DNA of 64,000 nt from an uncultured delta proteobacterium (lineage in GTDB: Bacteria; Myxococcota_A; Polyangia; Polyangiales; Polyangiaceae). Where the stretch lies: positions 256,001 through 320,000 of the forward strand of contig CAWKKR010000004.1 in NCBI GenBank assembly GCA_963850305.1, written 5' to 3'. Position numbers and translations under genes: made by a program. A model generated the notes under the pieces. It saw only the letters and a program-made list of their open reading frames with translations, had not been told where the DNA came from and ran no database searches. Every line of letters starts with the position of its first letter. Position 1 is the first letter of the stretch. This document shows, one piece after another, positions 1 to 9,227 of the stretch.

Positions 1-665
1 GCCGCGTTCAACGTGTTGCGATAACCAAGGAAGGCACGGCCGCTGTGCGCGACGGTCGTGGACGATGCGCCGGCATCGATAGCGTCCTGGTCGTTCATGT
101 CGAACTGAAAGTCGTACCCGAGCTCGCCCCAGAACGCCTGAGCCGGCTCGTCCACGAAATAGTAGGCGATTCCGGGATCCAGATTGAGCCGGAGATTCAA
201 CTTCTGAAACCGGTCACGACGCGCGGACGCCGCGAAGAACAGCGCGAACTCGGACGCGATGAACCGGTCGTAGCGGATCTTCCCCTGGTAATTTTCGACG
301 GTGGGCTCCACGTCGGCCGTGGGTGATGCGGCCGCCCGCGCGTAGTTGGCCGCCGCCATGATGGAGAGCTCATTCTCCTCTCGACGCATCTTGAATTGCC
401 CAGAGCCGGTGACCGCAAGGGCGCGGGCGTTGCCAGTCGAAAGGAGACCGCCGCCGAGGATCTGCGCCGCCGTCGAGTCCTTTGCAGCCGCATCGGGCTT
501 CGCGGCTGCTTCGAACTTGCCGTTACTGGCGACGTCCGTGCTTCCCGTGGTCGCCGCAGTTTGCGGTGCGGCGCCCGTGGGGACGGCGTCCGCGAAAGCA
601 GCGGGCGCCGAGGCGAGGGTGGCGAGGGCCAGGGTCGAAGCGCGGATCTTCGGGTAAACGTTCAT
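1..665 (-). CDS. DUF481-like outer-membrane beta-barrel protein, 3' end outside window
   Basis: Not in the ORF track because it has no stop. Manual translation from ATG 665 (GAAGGA upstream): MNVYPKIRASTLALATLASAPAAFAD signal peptide, then GGLLSTGNARA...ENYQGKIRYDRF...ARRDRFQKLNLRLNLDPGIAYYF...WGELGYDFQFD, an amphipathic beta-strand pattern typical of DUF481. Confidence 0.7.
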   Translation of the reverse strand, partial: MNVYPKIRASTLALATLASAPAAFADAVPTGAAPQTAATTGSTDVASNGKFEAAAKPDAAAKDSTAAQILGGGLLSTGNARALAVTGSGQFKMRREENELSIMAAANYARAAASPTADVEPTVENYQGKIRYDRFIASEFALFFAASARRDRFQKLNLRLNLDPGIAYYFVDEPAQAFWGELGYDFQFDMNDQDAIDAGASSTTVAHSGRAFLGYRNTLNA

Positions 666-745
666 GATGAGTCCTTCACCGGCCGGAGAGCGGGCCGGTC
701 ATGCCAAACTCTGCACGCTGCCGTCAAGGACCGAAGGGCAATCCG

Positions 746-2326
746 ATGCCGAGACCAGAAAATATATCGAACGGCGATATACCTGGAGTCGTCTTCGAGA
801 GGGGCGACGACATAACGACGCGGGTCAATCGGATCGCGCGACTCGGTCCCGGAAGGACCGCGCTGGCCGACGAGCAGCGTAGTATCACGTATTCGGAGCT
901 CGCCGAGACGGCCGCGTCGGTGGCAAGCGCTCTGGTCGATTCCGGCGTCCGCCGCGGAGATCGGGTGGCCTTGCTTGCGACGAACTCGGTGGAATACGTT
1001 CAGGTGTTCTTGGGTGCCCTCGAGGCAGGAGCCTCCGTGGTGCCTCTGCCGACGCTGAGCTCGGTCGACGCGCTCCGCGCGATGCTCGAAGATTGCACGC
1101 CCCGTGTCTTGTTCGCGTCCGCAGCGTATCACGACGCGCTCGAGCAGGCAGATCGCGCTCGTACTCCTCACCGTGTGGGGCTGGATCTCGGAGACCGTGA
1201 TTGGACGTCTCTCTCCGCATTCCGCGCGGGACGACCGGGCGCAGCGTTCCCGGCTCTGGGCGCCGACGACGAATTCGACGTGATCTACAGCTCGGGCACG
1301 ACGGGTATCCCGAAGGGGATCGTGCACTCGCACGGCGCTCGAAAGGCGAGCTACGCCGGTTCCCGCGCGGCCTACTTCTCACCGGACACCGTGAACGTCG
1401 TCGCGACGCCTTTTTACTCCAACACCACCTGCATCACGTGGCTCCTCACGACGGCGGCTGGCGGCACGAACGTGCTGCTCGGCAAATTCTCTCCGGACGC
1501 ATTTCTGAGCGCAGTCGAGCGGCATCATGCGACGCACGCGATGCTGGTGCCCGTGCAGTACGACCGGATCCTGGGTTCGGAGAAGTTCCAGGACTCGAAC
1601 GTCTCGAGCCTCCGCTATCTTTTCTCGACGAGCGCGCCGCTCCGGGCGACCACGAAGAAACGGATCCTCGACGAGACCCCGGCGGATCTGATCGAGATCT
1701 ACGGCGTCACGGAAGGTGGACCCGTCACCGTGCTGGATGCTCGACGCCATCCGGACAAGCTGGCGAGCGTCGGAGTGCCGACGCCGGGCTGCGACGTTCG
1801 CGTGATCGGAGAAGACGCGCGCGACGTTCCGCGCGGCCATGCCGGAGAGATCGTCGGAAGGTCTGCGAACATGATGACTGGTTACCTGAATCGACCCGAC
1901 GAGACCTCCGCGCTCGTCTTTCGGGACGAAGCCGGCGCGCTCTACTATCGCTCAGGGGACATCGGACGCTTCGACGAAGATGGCTTTCTGCATCTGCTCG
2001 ACCGAAAGAAGGACGTGATCATCTCGGGGGGTTTCAACGTCTTCGCGACGGACCTCGAAGCGGCCATGGCGACTCATGCTGCGGTCGCCGAGGTTGCGGT
2101 GATCGGCGTACCGAGCGAGCGCTGGGGTGAGACGCCGTTCGCGATCGTCGTCGTGAAGGCAGGCAGCGTCGTGACGGAGGGCGAACTCGTCGAGCACGCG
2201 AACGCTCGTCTCGGCAAGGCGCAGCGCGTGTCGGGCGTGGAATTCCGGAGCGAGCTGCCGAAGAGCGCCATCGGCAAGGTATTGAAGCGGGAGCTTCGCG
2301 AACCGTACTGGCGCGGGCGGATGTGA
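746..2326 (+). CDS. Class I adenylate-forming enzyme (acyl-CoA synthetase / AMP-binding)
   Basis: YSSGTTGIPKG AMP-binding motif, YGVTEG, YRSGDIG, DRKKDVIISGG, LPKSAIGK. Start 746 chosen (GAAGGG upstream); the ORF is open from 701. Confidence 0.93.
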   Translation: MPRPENISNGDIPGVVFERGDDITTRVNRIARLGPGRTALADEQRSITYSELAETAASVASALVDSGVRRGDRVALLATNSVEYVQVFLGALEAGASVVPLPTLSSVDALRAMLEDCTPRVLFASAAYHDALEQADRARTPHRVGLDLGDRDWTSLSAFRAGRPGAAFPALGADDEFDVIYSSGTTGIPKGIVHSHGARKASYAGSRAAYFSPDTVNVVATPFYSNTTCITWLLTTAAGGTNVLLGKFSPDAFLSAVERHHATHAMLVPVQYDRILGSEKFQDSNVSSLRYLFSTSAPLRATTKKRILDETPADLIEIYGVTEGGPVTVLDARRHPDKLASVGVPTPGCDVRVIGEDARDVPRGHAGEIVGRSANMMTGYLNRPDETSALVFRDEAGALYYRSGDIGRFDEDGFLHLLDRKKDVIISGGFNVFATDLEAAMATHAAVAEVAVIGVPSERWGETPFAIVVVKAGSVVTEGELVEHANARLGKAQRVSGVEFRSELPKSAIGKVLKRELREPYWRGRM

Positions 2327-2362
2327 ACCCCGGCTGACCACCGACGCGATCGGCCCGAAGCG

Positions 2363-3283
2363 CTAGCCGCACGTTCCGTCGCCCCGGCACCGCAGACCTC
2401 TCGGACAGGAGGTCGTCCCGCAGGTGCATACCCCGGACGCGCACGAGCCCGGACTGCCGGCGTTGCAGCTCGGGTCATCGGTGCACTCGCAGGCGCCCTG
2501 GTCGCACGTGAAATTCCGAGGGCAGGCACGACCGCAAGCGCCGCAGCTCGAGGTGCTCGCCGTGAGGTCGACGCAGCCCGCCGGCACGTCGCAACACGTC
2601 TGCCCCGAGGAACACGCCTTGCCGGCGTTGCAACTGCACGCGCCCTGACGACACACCTCGCCGTGGTCGCACGTGGTCGTCGTATCGCAATGACAGAGAC
2701 CGGTGCCGGTGTCGCAGGTGACCGTCCCCTGCCCGCCGCCGCCGACGTGGCAATCGGGATCGGCGCGACAGCCGCACAGCGAGTTCGTGCAGACGAAGCC
2801 AATCCTCTGGGCGGAGCAATCATTGGCACAGCTCCCGCACTCGTGGACGCTCGACGCGGTGTCGGTCTCGCAGCCATCCGCGGAATTGCCGTTGCAATCG
2901 CCGAAGCCGTCCGCGCACGTCGCGCTTCCGTCTCTCGCCGCATCGCCTCCGGCGTCGGCAAAGCTCGAGTCTCCGTTTGCGGCATCGAGGTCGCTCGCGC
3001 GGGCGTCGGGCGCGTTCGCATCGGCGCCGCCGGAGGAACCCGCGTCGCGAATGCCAGCAACGCCGCCCGATCCGGTCGCGACGTTGCCTCCCGACCCGGT
3101 CGCTGCCGCCGCGCCACCCGCGCCTCCCGACCCGGAGGAAATCACGGCCGCATCACCGCCGTCCTTCCCCGCGTCGGCATGAACGCGCCCGCCGAGGTCC
3201 GCGATGTCGAACACGCCGAAGTTCTGGGTGCACGCGATCGCGAGTAGGGACGCGGAGAACAGCGGGGCAAACCTGGTTCTCAT
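2363..3283 (-). CDS. Cys-rich myxobacterial lipoprotein with Gly/Ala-rich linker
   Basis: Lipobox-like LLAIAC, G/A/D-rich tether, repeated CGxCxxxC motifs (DCNGNSADGCETD...CGSCANDC; CGACGRAC). Confidence 0.8.
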   Translation of the reverse strand: MRTRFAPLFSASLLAIACTQNFGVFDIADLGGRVHADAGKDGGDAAVISSGSGGAGGAAAATGSGGNVATGSGGVAGIRDAGSSGGADANAPDARASDLDAANGDSSFADAGGDAARDGSATCADGFGDCNGNSADGCETDTASSVHECGSCANDCSAQRIGFVCTNSLCGCRADPDCHVGGGGQGTVTCDTGTGLCHCDTTTTCDHGEVCRQGACSCNAGKACSSGQTCCDVPAGCVDLTASTSSCGACGRACPRNFTCDQGACECTDDPSCNAGSPGSCASGVCTCGTTSCPRGLRCRGDGTCG

Positions 3284-3322
3284 GACGGCCGAGTGTACTC
3301 GTTCCGGGACGGTCACAGGATG

Positions 3323-5536
3323 CTACGGCTTCGAAGTAGCTGCGGCAGCAGACTGGGCTTGTGCCTTCTTCACGAGGTCGGCGAGCGACGGTGCGGGTCC
3401 GCTGCTGGCCGCCTGAGGTGCGGTTGCAGGTTCTTCACCCGGCCGAGGGGGCTTCGACGCGGCCGCGACCGCCTTCGCAGCGGGCGGTTGCTCGACGGGT
3501 TTCTGAGCGACCGGCGCGGGCAGGGCGACGCTCGGTTCGGGTGGAGCCCTCTTCGCGGGTGGCCCAGGCTGAGCCGCAACTGGCGTCGGTGGAGCGACCG
3601 CAGCCGTGCTTTCCGTCTTTGCGCTCGAGGTCATGACCCGAACGAGAACGGCGACGACAATCGCCGCCACGACGGCAAGCGCGATGAACAAACCGGTTCG
3701 GTTCGACCTCGGAACGCGCAGTTCTTCCGCGTCCGACGGGGCAACCTCGCGCGCAGCGACGGGCCGCTGCGGCGCGACTGCCGGAGCGCCAGCGCCCATC
3801 CGCCGCGCGATCGGCTTCGGTTGTTCCGCGATCGGCTTCGGTTGTTCCGCGATCGGCTTCGGTTGTTCCGCGATCGGCTTCGGTTGTTCCGCGATCGGCT
3901 CGGACGGCGGAAGGCTCTCCGCCGCGAGACTGTCCGCGTCGAGGCTCACCGGGGCGCCATCCGGATCGGCGCTGATCTGCGTATCCTCGATCGACGAGGG
4001 GACGCTGAGGGCCTCGACGCTCTCGGGCGGCGCGTCGGAGGTCGGCTCGACGGCGTGCCGCGCGGGTGCAGGCACGCCCTCTGGAGGCGCGGCGTCGATG
4101 TTCGATGGGAGGGTCGCGGCGGCCTCCGTCGGGGGTGCGTCGGACATCGACGGCGCGGTCGTCACGGACTCCACGGTCGGCGGCGCGTCCGACGAAGACT
4201 CCCGCGACGCCGAGATCGCGACCCGCGCCTCTTCAGTCGTCGGTCGCGCGGTGATCGTCGCGGACACTGCCGCCTCGCTCGCGCTGGCGGCCGGCGTCGG
4301 AGCGTCATCGACGAGAACGGGAGCGTCGGGCGGAAGCGGCGGCGCGACGACGACGGCCGTTCGTTCGCCGCTTTCGGGGGCTGGCGGTGCCGTGTCGCGA
4401 TCATCCCCTTGTGGTGGAACGGTTGGGCGATTCGACGGTGCCGCACCGCGGGCGGGAGCAGCATCGCGGGCGTCATCCCCGACGGTGTCGAGGGACGCGA
4501 GAAACCTGGCGACGACTTCGTGCGATGCGACGGCGGCCGGCCCGAGCGCGACGATGGCATCGACCGCCTTCTGGAGGGACGGAAAGCGCGCGTCCCGGTC
4601 TCGTTCGAGGCAGCGCGCGACGACGTCTGCGAGCTCCTTCGAGACCTTCCCCTTGAGAAGCGGGAGCGAGTCCAGCCGAGGGATCGGGGTCGTCAGCACT
4701 TTGTGACGCGCGGTGGACGCCTGGAGCGCGTCGGATCCCGGCTTCGGCTTGACGGCACCCGCCGCGGCCGGCCGCGGCATGATCGATGGCCCGAAGAGCG
4801 AACGGCCGGCGACGAGCTCCCATACGATGGTGAAGACCGTGAACAAGTCCGCCCGCTCGTCGACCGGACCCTTTGGTTCGAGTTGCTCCGGGGCGCGGTA
4901 GGCCACGACGTCAGGCCGATTCGCAAACTGCGGAATCGAGAGCACCGATCCGGAAAACCCTGCTTCGAGCAGGATCGTTTCGCCGAACGTGGCGACGAGC
5001 AGATCGTCCAGCAACAGGCCGCCGTGAAGGCCCGCAGCCATCACTCGCTCGTCCTCGGTCTCGGGGACGGGAAAGAGCTCGGCCCAGGGGGCGCGGAGGC
5101 TGTTCAGCGCCTCCAGAACATCGACCGCGATGCGCATCGCCACGGGTGGTGGAACGTTCGCGCGTTTGCCGCCCGGCGGGCGCAGGAGAACATGCACGAG
5201 CGCGCCGGAGATGTGCTCGCTGACGATCGCAATCTCCGCTTCGCCGATTGCGACGTCGAGCACCGCGGCGATTTTCGGATGCCGGAGCTCCATCGCCGCG
5301 AATCCGGCCTTCGCGACTCGCTCCACGACGGCAGGTTCGTGCGGCTCGCTTCGCCGAATCCGCCGCATGACGACGGTACGTCCCTCCTCCGCGCCCGTCG
5401 CAATCCGGGCACGAAAGAGGTCACCAATGGCGCCAGCCACAATCGACGACACGACCTCGTACCGTCCACCCCCTGGAGCTCGCGAGGGTCGAGGGGCCGC
5501 GGGGTCGTGCGAGTCGTCGGGCAGGTTGCTTGCCAT
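3323..5536 (-). CDS. Membrane Ser/Thr pseudokinase (degenerate kinase, Pro-rich linker, TM, Pro-rich tail)
   Basis: RYEVV, LRHPKIAAVLD, YRAPEQ, DERADLF are recognisable. Catalytic motifs are degenerate (VVMRR, HGGLLLDDLL, EAG). TM LFIALAVVAAIVVAVLV. Start MASNLP at 5536 assumed. Confidence 0.8.
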   Translation of the reverse strand: MASNLPDDSHDPAAPRPSRAPGGGRYEVVSSIVAGAIGDLFRARIATGAEEGRTVVMRRIRRSEPHEPAVVERVAKAGFAAMELRHPKIAAVLDVAIGEAEIAIVSEHISGALVHVLLRPPGGKRANVPPPVAMRIAVDVLEALNSLRAPWAELFPVPETEDERVMAAGLHGGLLLDDLLVATFGETILLEAGFSGSVLSIPQFANRPDVVAYRAPEQLEPKGPVDERADLFTVFTIVWELVAGRSLFGPSIMPRPAAAGAVKPKPGSDALQASTARHKVLTTPIPRLDSLPLLKGKVSKELADVVARCLERDRDARFPSLQKAVDAIVALGPAAVASHEVVARFLASLDTVGDDARDAAPARGAAPSNRPTVPPQGDDRDTAPPAPESGERTAVVVAPPLPPDAPVLVDDAPTPAASASEAAVSATITARPTTEEARVAISASRESSSDAPPTVESVTTAPSMSDAPPTEAAATLPSNIDAAPPEGVPAPARHAVEPTSDAPPESVEALSVPSSIEDTQISADPDGAPVSLDADSLAAESLPPSEPIAEQPKPIAEQPKPIAEQPKPIAEQPKPIARRMGAGAPAVAPQRPVAAREVAPSDAEELRVPRSNRTGLFIALAVVAAIVVAVLVRVMTSSAKTESTAAVAPPTPVAAQPGPPAKRAPPEPSVALPAPVAQKPVEQPPAAKAVAAASKPPRPGEEPATAPQAASSGPAPSLADLVKKAQAQSAAAATSKP
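3807..3900. repeat. 21-bp coding tandem repeat, 4 full copies plus a partial one (GCGATCGGCTTCGGTTGTTCC; AEQPKPI)
   Basis: Identical units start at 3807, 3828, 3849 and 3870; partial unit at 3891. Confidence 0.97.
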
Positions 5537-5840
5537 CAGCCAAATCCGCGGCCAAGGACCAGGCGGCCCTTTGGGGTGACGCCCCACCCGCTCGGAGGTC
5601 GCGGGTAGATTAGCCGCTTCATGCGGAAGCCGCAGACTTTTGGCTGATCCGGGTCACAAAAAGAGGCTCGGCCGGTGGGCGCATGGACGCGTGGGAGTGG
5701 AGCGTCGGCGGAAAAACCGCGTGGAAACAGCGGAGTCTCAGGCACAATCCACGTAAATGAGGGCGGGGTCCCCGTGAAAAATCAGGGATTCCTTGTTTGC
5801 CCGGCCGTTAGCCCGTAAATTCTGATGCTCCCCGCCCCTC

Positions 5841-7385
5841 ATGGCATCCGAGACTGACGATTCCAAACAGACGACCGCGTCTGGACTGCGTGTGCTGTCA
5901 CCCGAGACTCGCCCCGGCGGGGCGACGCCGGTGTCGAGCCCGATGGCCTCGAGCCGCCCCCGTTACGGTGCCGGTGACGTCATTGCCGAAAAGTATCGGC
6001 TCGGGCGGAAACTCGGCGAGGGCGGAATGGGCGAGGTCTGGTTCGCGCACAACGAGACCCTCGATATCGACATAGCGATCAAGTTGATCCGAGGCGAGGT
6101 CGCGACCGCGGAAATGGCCGACCGGCTTCTGCACGAGGCCCGCGCCGCGGCGCGGCTTGGGCACGCGGCCATCGTCCGGGTGAACGACTTCGGGAAGACG
6201 AGCCGGGGTGACCCGTTCATCGTGATGGAGCTCCTCGACGGGGAAGACCTGGCGAGCGCTCTCGCGAAGCGCGGAAAAATCAGCGCCATCAAGGCTGTCC
6301 GGACTCTGCTGCCGATCGCGCACGCGCTCTCGGTCGCCCACAACAAGGGGATCGTTCACCGGGACCTGAAGCCCGAGAATGTCTTTCTCGCGAAGAACGA
6401 AGAAGGACAGATTCAGCCGAAGCTCGTCGACTTCGGCGTCGCAAAACTCGAAAAGCAGCATTCGCAAAGATTGACCCAGACCGGAGCGCTGCTCGGCAGC
6501 CCGCTCTACATGTCGCCCGAACAAGCCCGCGGCGACGACGTCGATCATCGGGCAGACATCTGGGCGCTCGCCGTCGTGCTCTACGAGACCATCACGGGTC
6601 GTCCGCCGTTCGAGGGCAAGAACTACAACGCGGTCCTCTACGCGATCACGGCGAATTTCCCGACGCCGATCACGGAGTTCGAGACGGGTGACGCGGAACT
6701 GTGGACGATCCTGGATCGCGGCTTCCAGAAGGATCCTGACCGTCGCTGGTATTCGATGCGCGATTTCGGGGAGGCGCTCGCCAGGTGGCTCGAAGATCGC
6801 GACGTGCACGAGGACATCACGGGGGCTTCCCTTCAGACGACATGGTTTCAGTGGAAGCGCGACGAGGATCAACTGGCGCCAGGATCGTCGACGCCACCCC
6901 CCAACGACGACGCGCCTGGCGCACTGCCCCCGGTTCCGCACATCGCGCCGTCACCGATGGCCGATCAGGTTCGCGAGCGCGAGATCACGAAGCGCACTCT
7001 GCGGCACGGCCACGAGTCCCTTTACTTGATCGTTGCCGTGGGCGTCGCCGCGCTGCTGATCGGCGTGCTGACCGTCGTACTGTTGCGCAAGGCGCCCACC
7101 GTGCATGCGGAGAGCCCGCCGCCAGCCGAGCCGAACCCCGTGGCAGCCGCGACTGCGGTCGCGCTCCCGTCGCCCCCACCGGCTCCAGAGGACTCCGCTC
7201 ACGAACTCGCAGTGGAAGAAGCGCTCGCCGGTGCGCCGTCGGCTGCGAGCCCCGCGCCGACTCCACACGCGGCGGCCGAGCACCCGCGGCAGCACATCGC
7301 GATCTCGGCCAGCCGAGGCATCTTCACGTCGGACCCCTATGGCTCGAGTGGGCCCCGTCGTGCACTGAAGAACCCGTTTCAGTGA
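5841..7385 (+). CDS. Membrane Hanks-type Ser/Thr protein kinase
   Basis: GEGGMGEV, AIK, HRDLKPENV, DFG, YMSPEQ; TM LYLIVAVGVAALLIGVLTVVLL; Pro-rich C-terminus. Confidence 0.96.
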   Translation: MASETDDSKQTTASGLRVLSPETRPGGATPVSSPMASSRPRYGAGDVIAEKYRLGRKLGEGGMGEVWFAHNETLDIDIAIKLIRGEVATAEMADRLLHEARAAARLGHAAIVRVNDFGKTSRGDPFIVMELLDGEDLASALAKRGKISAIKAVRTLLPIAHALSVAHNKGIVHRDLKPENVFLAKNEEGQIQPKLVDFGVAKLEKQHSQRLTQTGALLGSPLYMSPEQARGDDVDHRADIWALAVVLYETITGRPPFEGKNYNAVLYAITANFPTPITEFETGDAELWTILDRGFQKDPDRRWYSMRDFGEALARWLEDRDVHEDITGASLQTTWFQWKRDEDQLAPGSSTPPPNDDAPGALPPVPHIAPSPMADQVREREITKRTLRHGHESLYLIVAVGVAALLIGVLTVVLLRKAPTVHAESPPPAEPNPVAAATAVALPSPPPAPEDSAHELAVEEALAGAPSAASPAPTPHAAAEHPRQHIAISASRGIFTSDPYGSSGPRRALKNPFQ

Positions 7386-7449
7386 TCGAAGACGACGGGA
7401 CGCGCTGAAGAGTGCCCAAGCGGCCCGGGCTGCGCTAGGTTGCTGGGAA

Positions 7450-7653
7450 ATGAGTTCTTCAGGCCACGACGAACCCTCGGGAAATGACTCTGACGAGCCT
7501 CGCACACCGCTATGGTTGCCGCTGCTCGGGCTCTGTCTGTTCCTCGGCGCACTCGTGTATTCCCTCGTCGGACGGACCGCATCCCCGACGCACGCCACGA
7601 CGGGCGCGCCGTCCAATTCGGCGGCGGCGCCACCCCCATCCGCAGCACCCTGA
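7450..7653 (+). CDS. Small single-pass membrane protein
   Basis: 67 aa; EPRTPLWLPLLGLCLFLGALVYSLV hydrophobic segment; fills the gap between the kinase and the TetR gene. Confidence 0.55.
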   Translation: MSSSGHDEPSGNDSDEPRTPLWLPLLGLCLFLGALVYSLVGRTASPTHATTGAPSNSAAAPPPSAAP

Positions 7654-7661
7654 CGGGCGGC

Positions 7662-8354
7662 TCAATCGATTTTCGCGTCGCTGCGCGCGCGCAGAACGTC
7701 CGTCATGCGCACCGCGAGCGTCGTGTGGCCCTGGCTATTCGCGACGAGCTCGCGGACCAGCAGGATGATGGTCGAGCGCATCATGGCAAAGAGCCGGTCG
7801 ATGTCGGCGTCACCATAGACCTGCGCGCGGACGAAGACCCCTTCGATCATCGACAGGACGAGATCGCAGGCGGTGCCCAGCTCGACCCCGGGAAGGATAT
7901 TGCCCACCGACTCCTGGATCCCCGTCGCCAGCGCGCCGTGTGCGCTGTCGTAGAAACGACGGAGCGCCTGGCGCGCTTCTTCGTCGATCTGCGTGCGTTC
8001 CGCGAGGACGACGAGTAACACGCGGAAGATTTCGGGCCGCTCTTTGACTCGGTGGCGCATCGCCGCAAGCGCGAGATCGAGGCGATCGCGAGGAGTGCCG
8101 GCACCGCGGGCCGCTTCCGTGATTTGATCGACCCACTCCGCCACGACGTGATCGATGACGGCGTTCAAGAGACCAACCTTGTTCTGGAACTCCCAGTAAA
8201 GGCCCGTCTTCGCGACCCCAGCTCGTCGGCAGAGGGCATCCACTCCGGTCGCTGCGTAACCACGTTCCGCAAACATCTCGATCGCAGCTTCGAGCAGTCG
8301 CTGGCGCGTGGTGCCTTGCCGCGGGGCAGGTTGCGGTGCCGGATCTGCCGCCAT
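7662..8354 (-). CDS. TetR/AcrR family transcriptional regulator
   Basis: TRQRLLEAAIEMFAERGYAATGVDALCRRAGVAKTGLYWEFQNK HTH. Confidence 0.93.
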   Translation of the reverse strand: MAADPAPQPAPRQGTTRQRLLEAAIEMFAERGYAATGVDALCRRAGVAKTGLYWEFQNKVGLLNAVIDHVVAEWVDQITEAARGAGTPRDRLDLALAAMRHRVKERPEIFRVLLVVLAERTQIDEEARQALRRFYDSAHGALATGIQESVGNILPGVELGTACDLVLSMIEGVFVRAQVYGDADIDRLFAMMRSTIILLVRELVANSQGHTTLAVRMTDVLRARSDAKID

Positions 8355-8436
8355 TCATCGCTCCGATGTGGCGTGGGTACGGAGATGTTTCGTCAAGTTG
8401 GAATCTGGCTTCCCTGGCGAGCAGCTTATAGCTCCC

Positions 8437-8454
8437 CTGTACCGATGGGTACAG
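8437..8454. promoter_or_regulatory. Palindrome CTGTACC-N4-GGTACAG, candidate TetR operator
   Basis: Perfect 7-bp inverted repeat in the intergenic region between the divergent TetR genes. Confidence 0.55.
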
Positions 8455-8500
8455 CAGGCTTGAATCGAATCCGAGACGCGAGGTTGCGTCGCGGCATGAA

Positions 8501-8520
8501 AGAACTAGAATTCTGGTTCT
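8501..8520. promoter_or_regulatory. Near-perfect palindrome AGAACTAGAATTCTGGTTCT, candidate TetR operator
   Basis: 20-bp AT-rich dyad with one mismatched pair, 5 bp upstream of the 8526 start codon. Confidence 0.55.
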
Positions 8521-8525
8521 GATCC

Positions 8526-9215
8526 ATGGCGTCCATTCTTCCGTCATCCCAGTCGGCGCCTCCCCCTCTTCACTGGGTGAAGCCGCCTCGGCAGGCTCGC
8601 AGCCAGCGCACGCTCGAGCGAGTACTCGACGCGGCAGAAGAGGTGATCTCGGAGCGTGGCGCCGGAGCGCTCACGGTGTCGGAGGTGGTAAGACGGGCGG
8701 AATCGTCCGTCGGTGCGTTCTATGCTCGGTTCCCCGACAAGGACGCGCTGCTTTCAACACTTCATGAGCGCTCATGTGGCGAGGCCCTCGCCACGGCCGA
8801 GCTCGCGCTCGATCCGGCGCGCTGGCGATTCGCGGATCTGCCGAGCGCGGTCACGGAGCTCGTGCGCTTCACTGCCGCACTGTGTCGCGAGCGCCGGGGA
8901 CTGCTCATGGCCTTCATCGCGATGGCCGCGAGCCACGCCCACTTCGCACAACGTCGTGCGGTGCTCGAGAAGAAAATGGCCGAACTCTTTCACGCCTTCC
9001 TTCGAGACCGTCAGGATGAAGTCGCTCATCCGGACCTGGAGCTCGCCAGCGAAGTCGCGATCCGCATCATCCTCGGGAGTCTCGAGTACGGCGCGATGAT
9101 TCACAGAGGACTGGACGACGCAAAGACGGATGACCGGGTCGCGGCCGAGCTCGGCGTCGCGGTCCTCGCTTACCTCGGCGCGCCGATCAGTGTCCGCCGG
9201 CCCCGAAACCTCTGA
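8526..9215 (+). CDS. TetR/AcrR family transcriptional regulator
   Basis: PRQARSQRTLERVLDAAEEVISERG...TVSEVVRRAESSVGAFYARFPDKDALL. Confidence 0.93.
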   Translation: MASILPSSQSAPPPLHWVKPPRQARSQRTLERVLDAAEEVISERGAGALTVSEVVRRAESSVGAFYARFPDKDALLSTLHERSCGEALATAELALDPARWRFADLPSAVTELVRFTAALCRERRGLLMAFIAMAASHAHFAQRRAVLEKKMAELFHAFLRDRQDEVAHPDLELASEVAIRIILGSLEYGAMIHRGLDDAKTDDRVAAELGVAVLAYLGAPISVRRPRNL

Positions 9216-9227
9216 GCGGCGTTCGTC

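Noticed and set aside
3293..5608. 771-aa plus-strand ORF and other long antisense ORFs (e.g. 32954-35176, 26674-28410, 48060-49526, 59897-61183)
   Set aside because: Arg-rich shadow frames opposite well-supported genes, expected at this GC content
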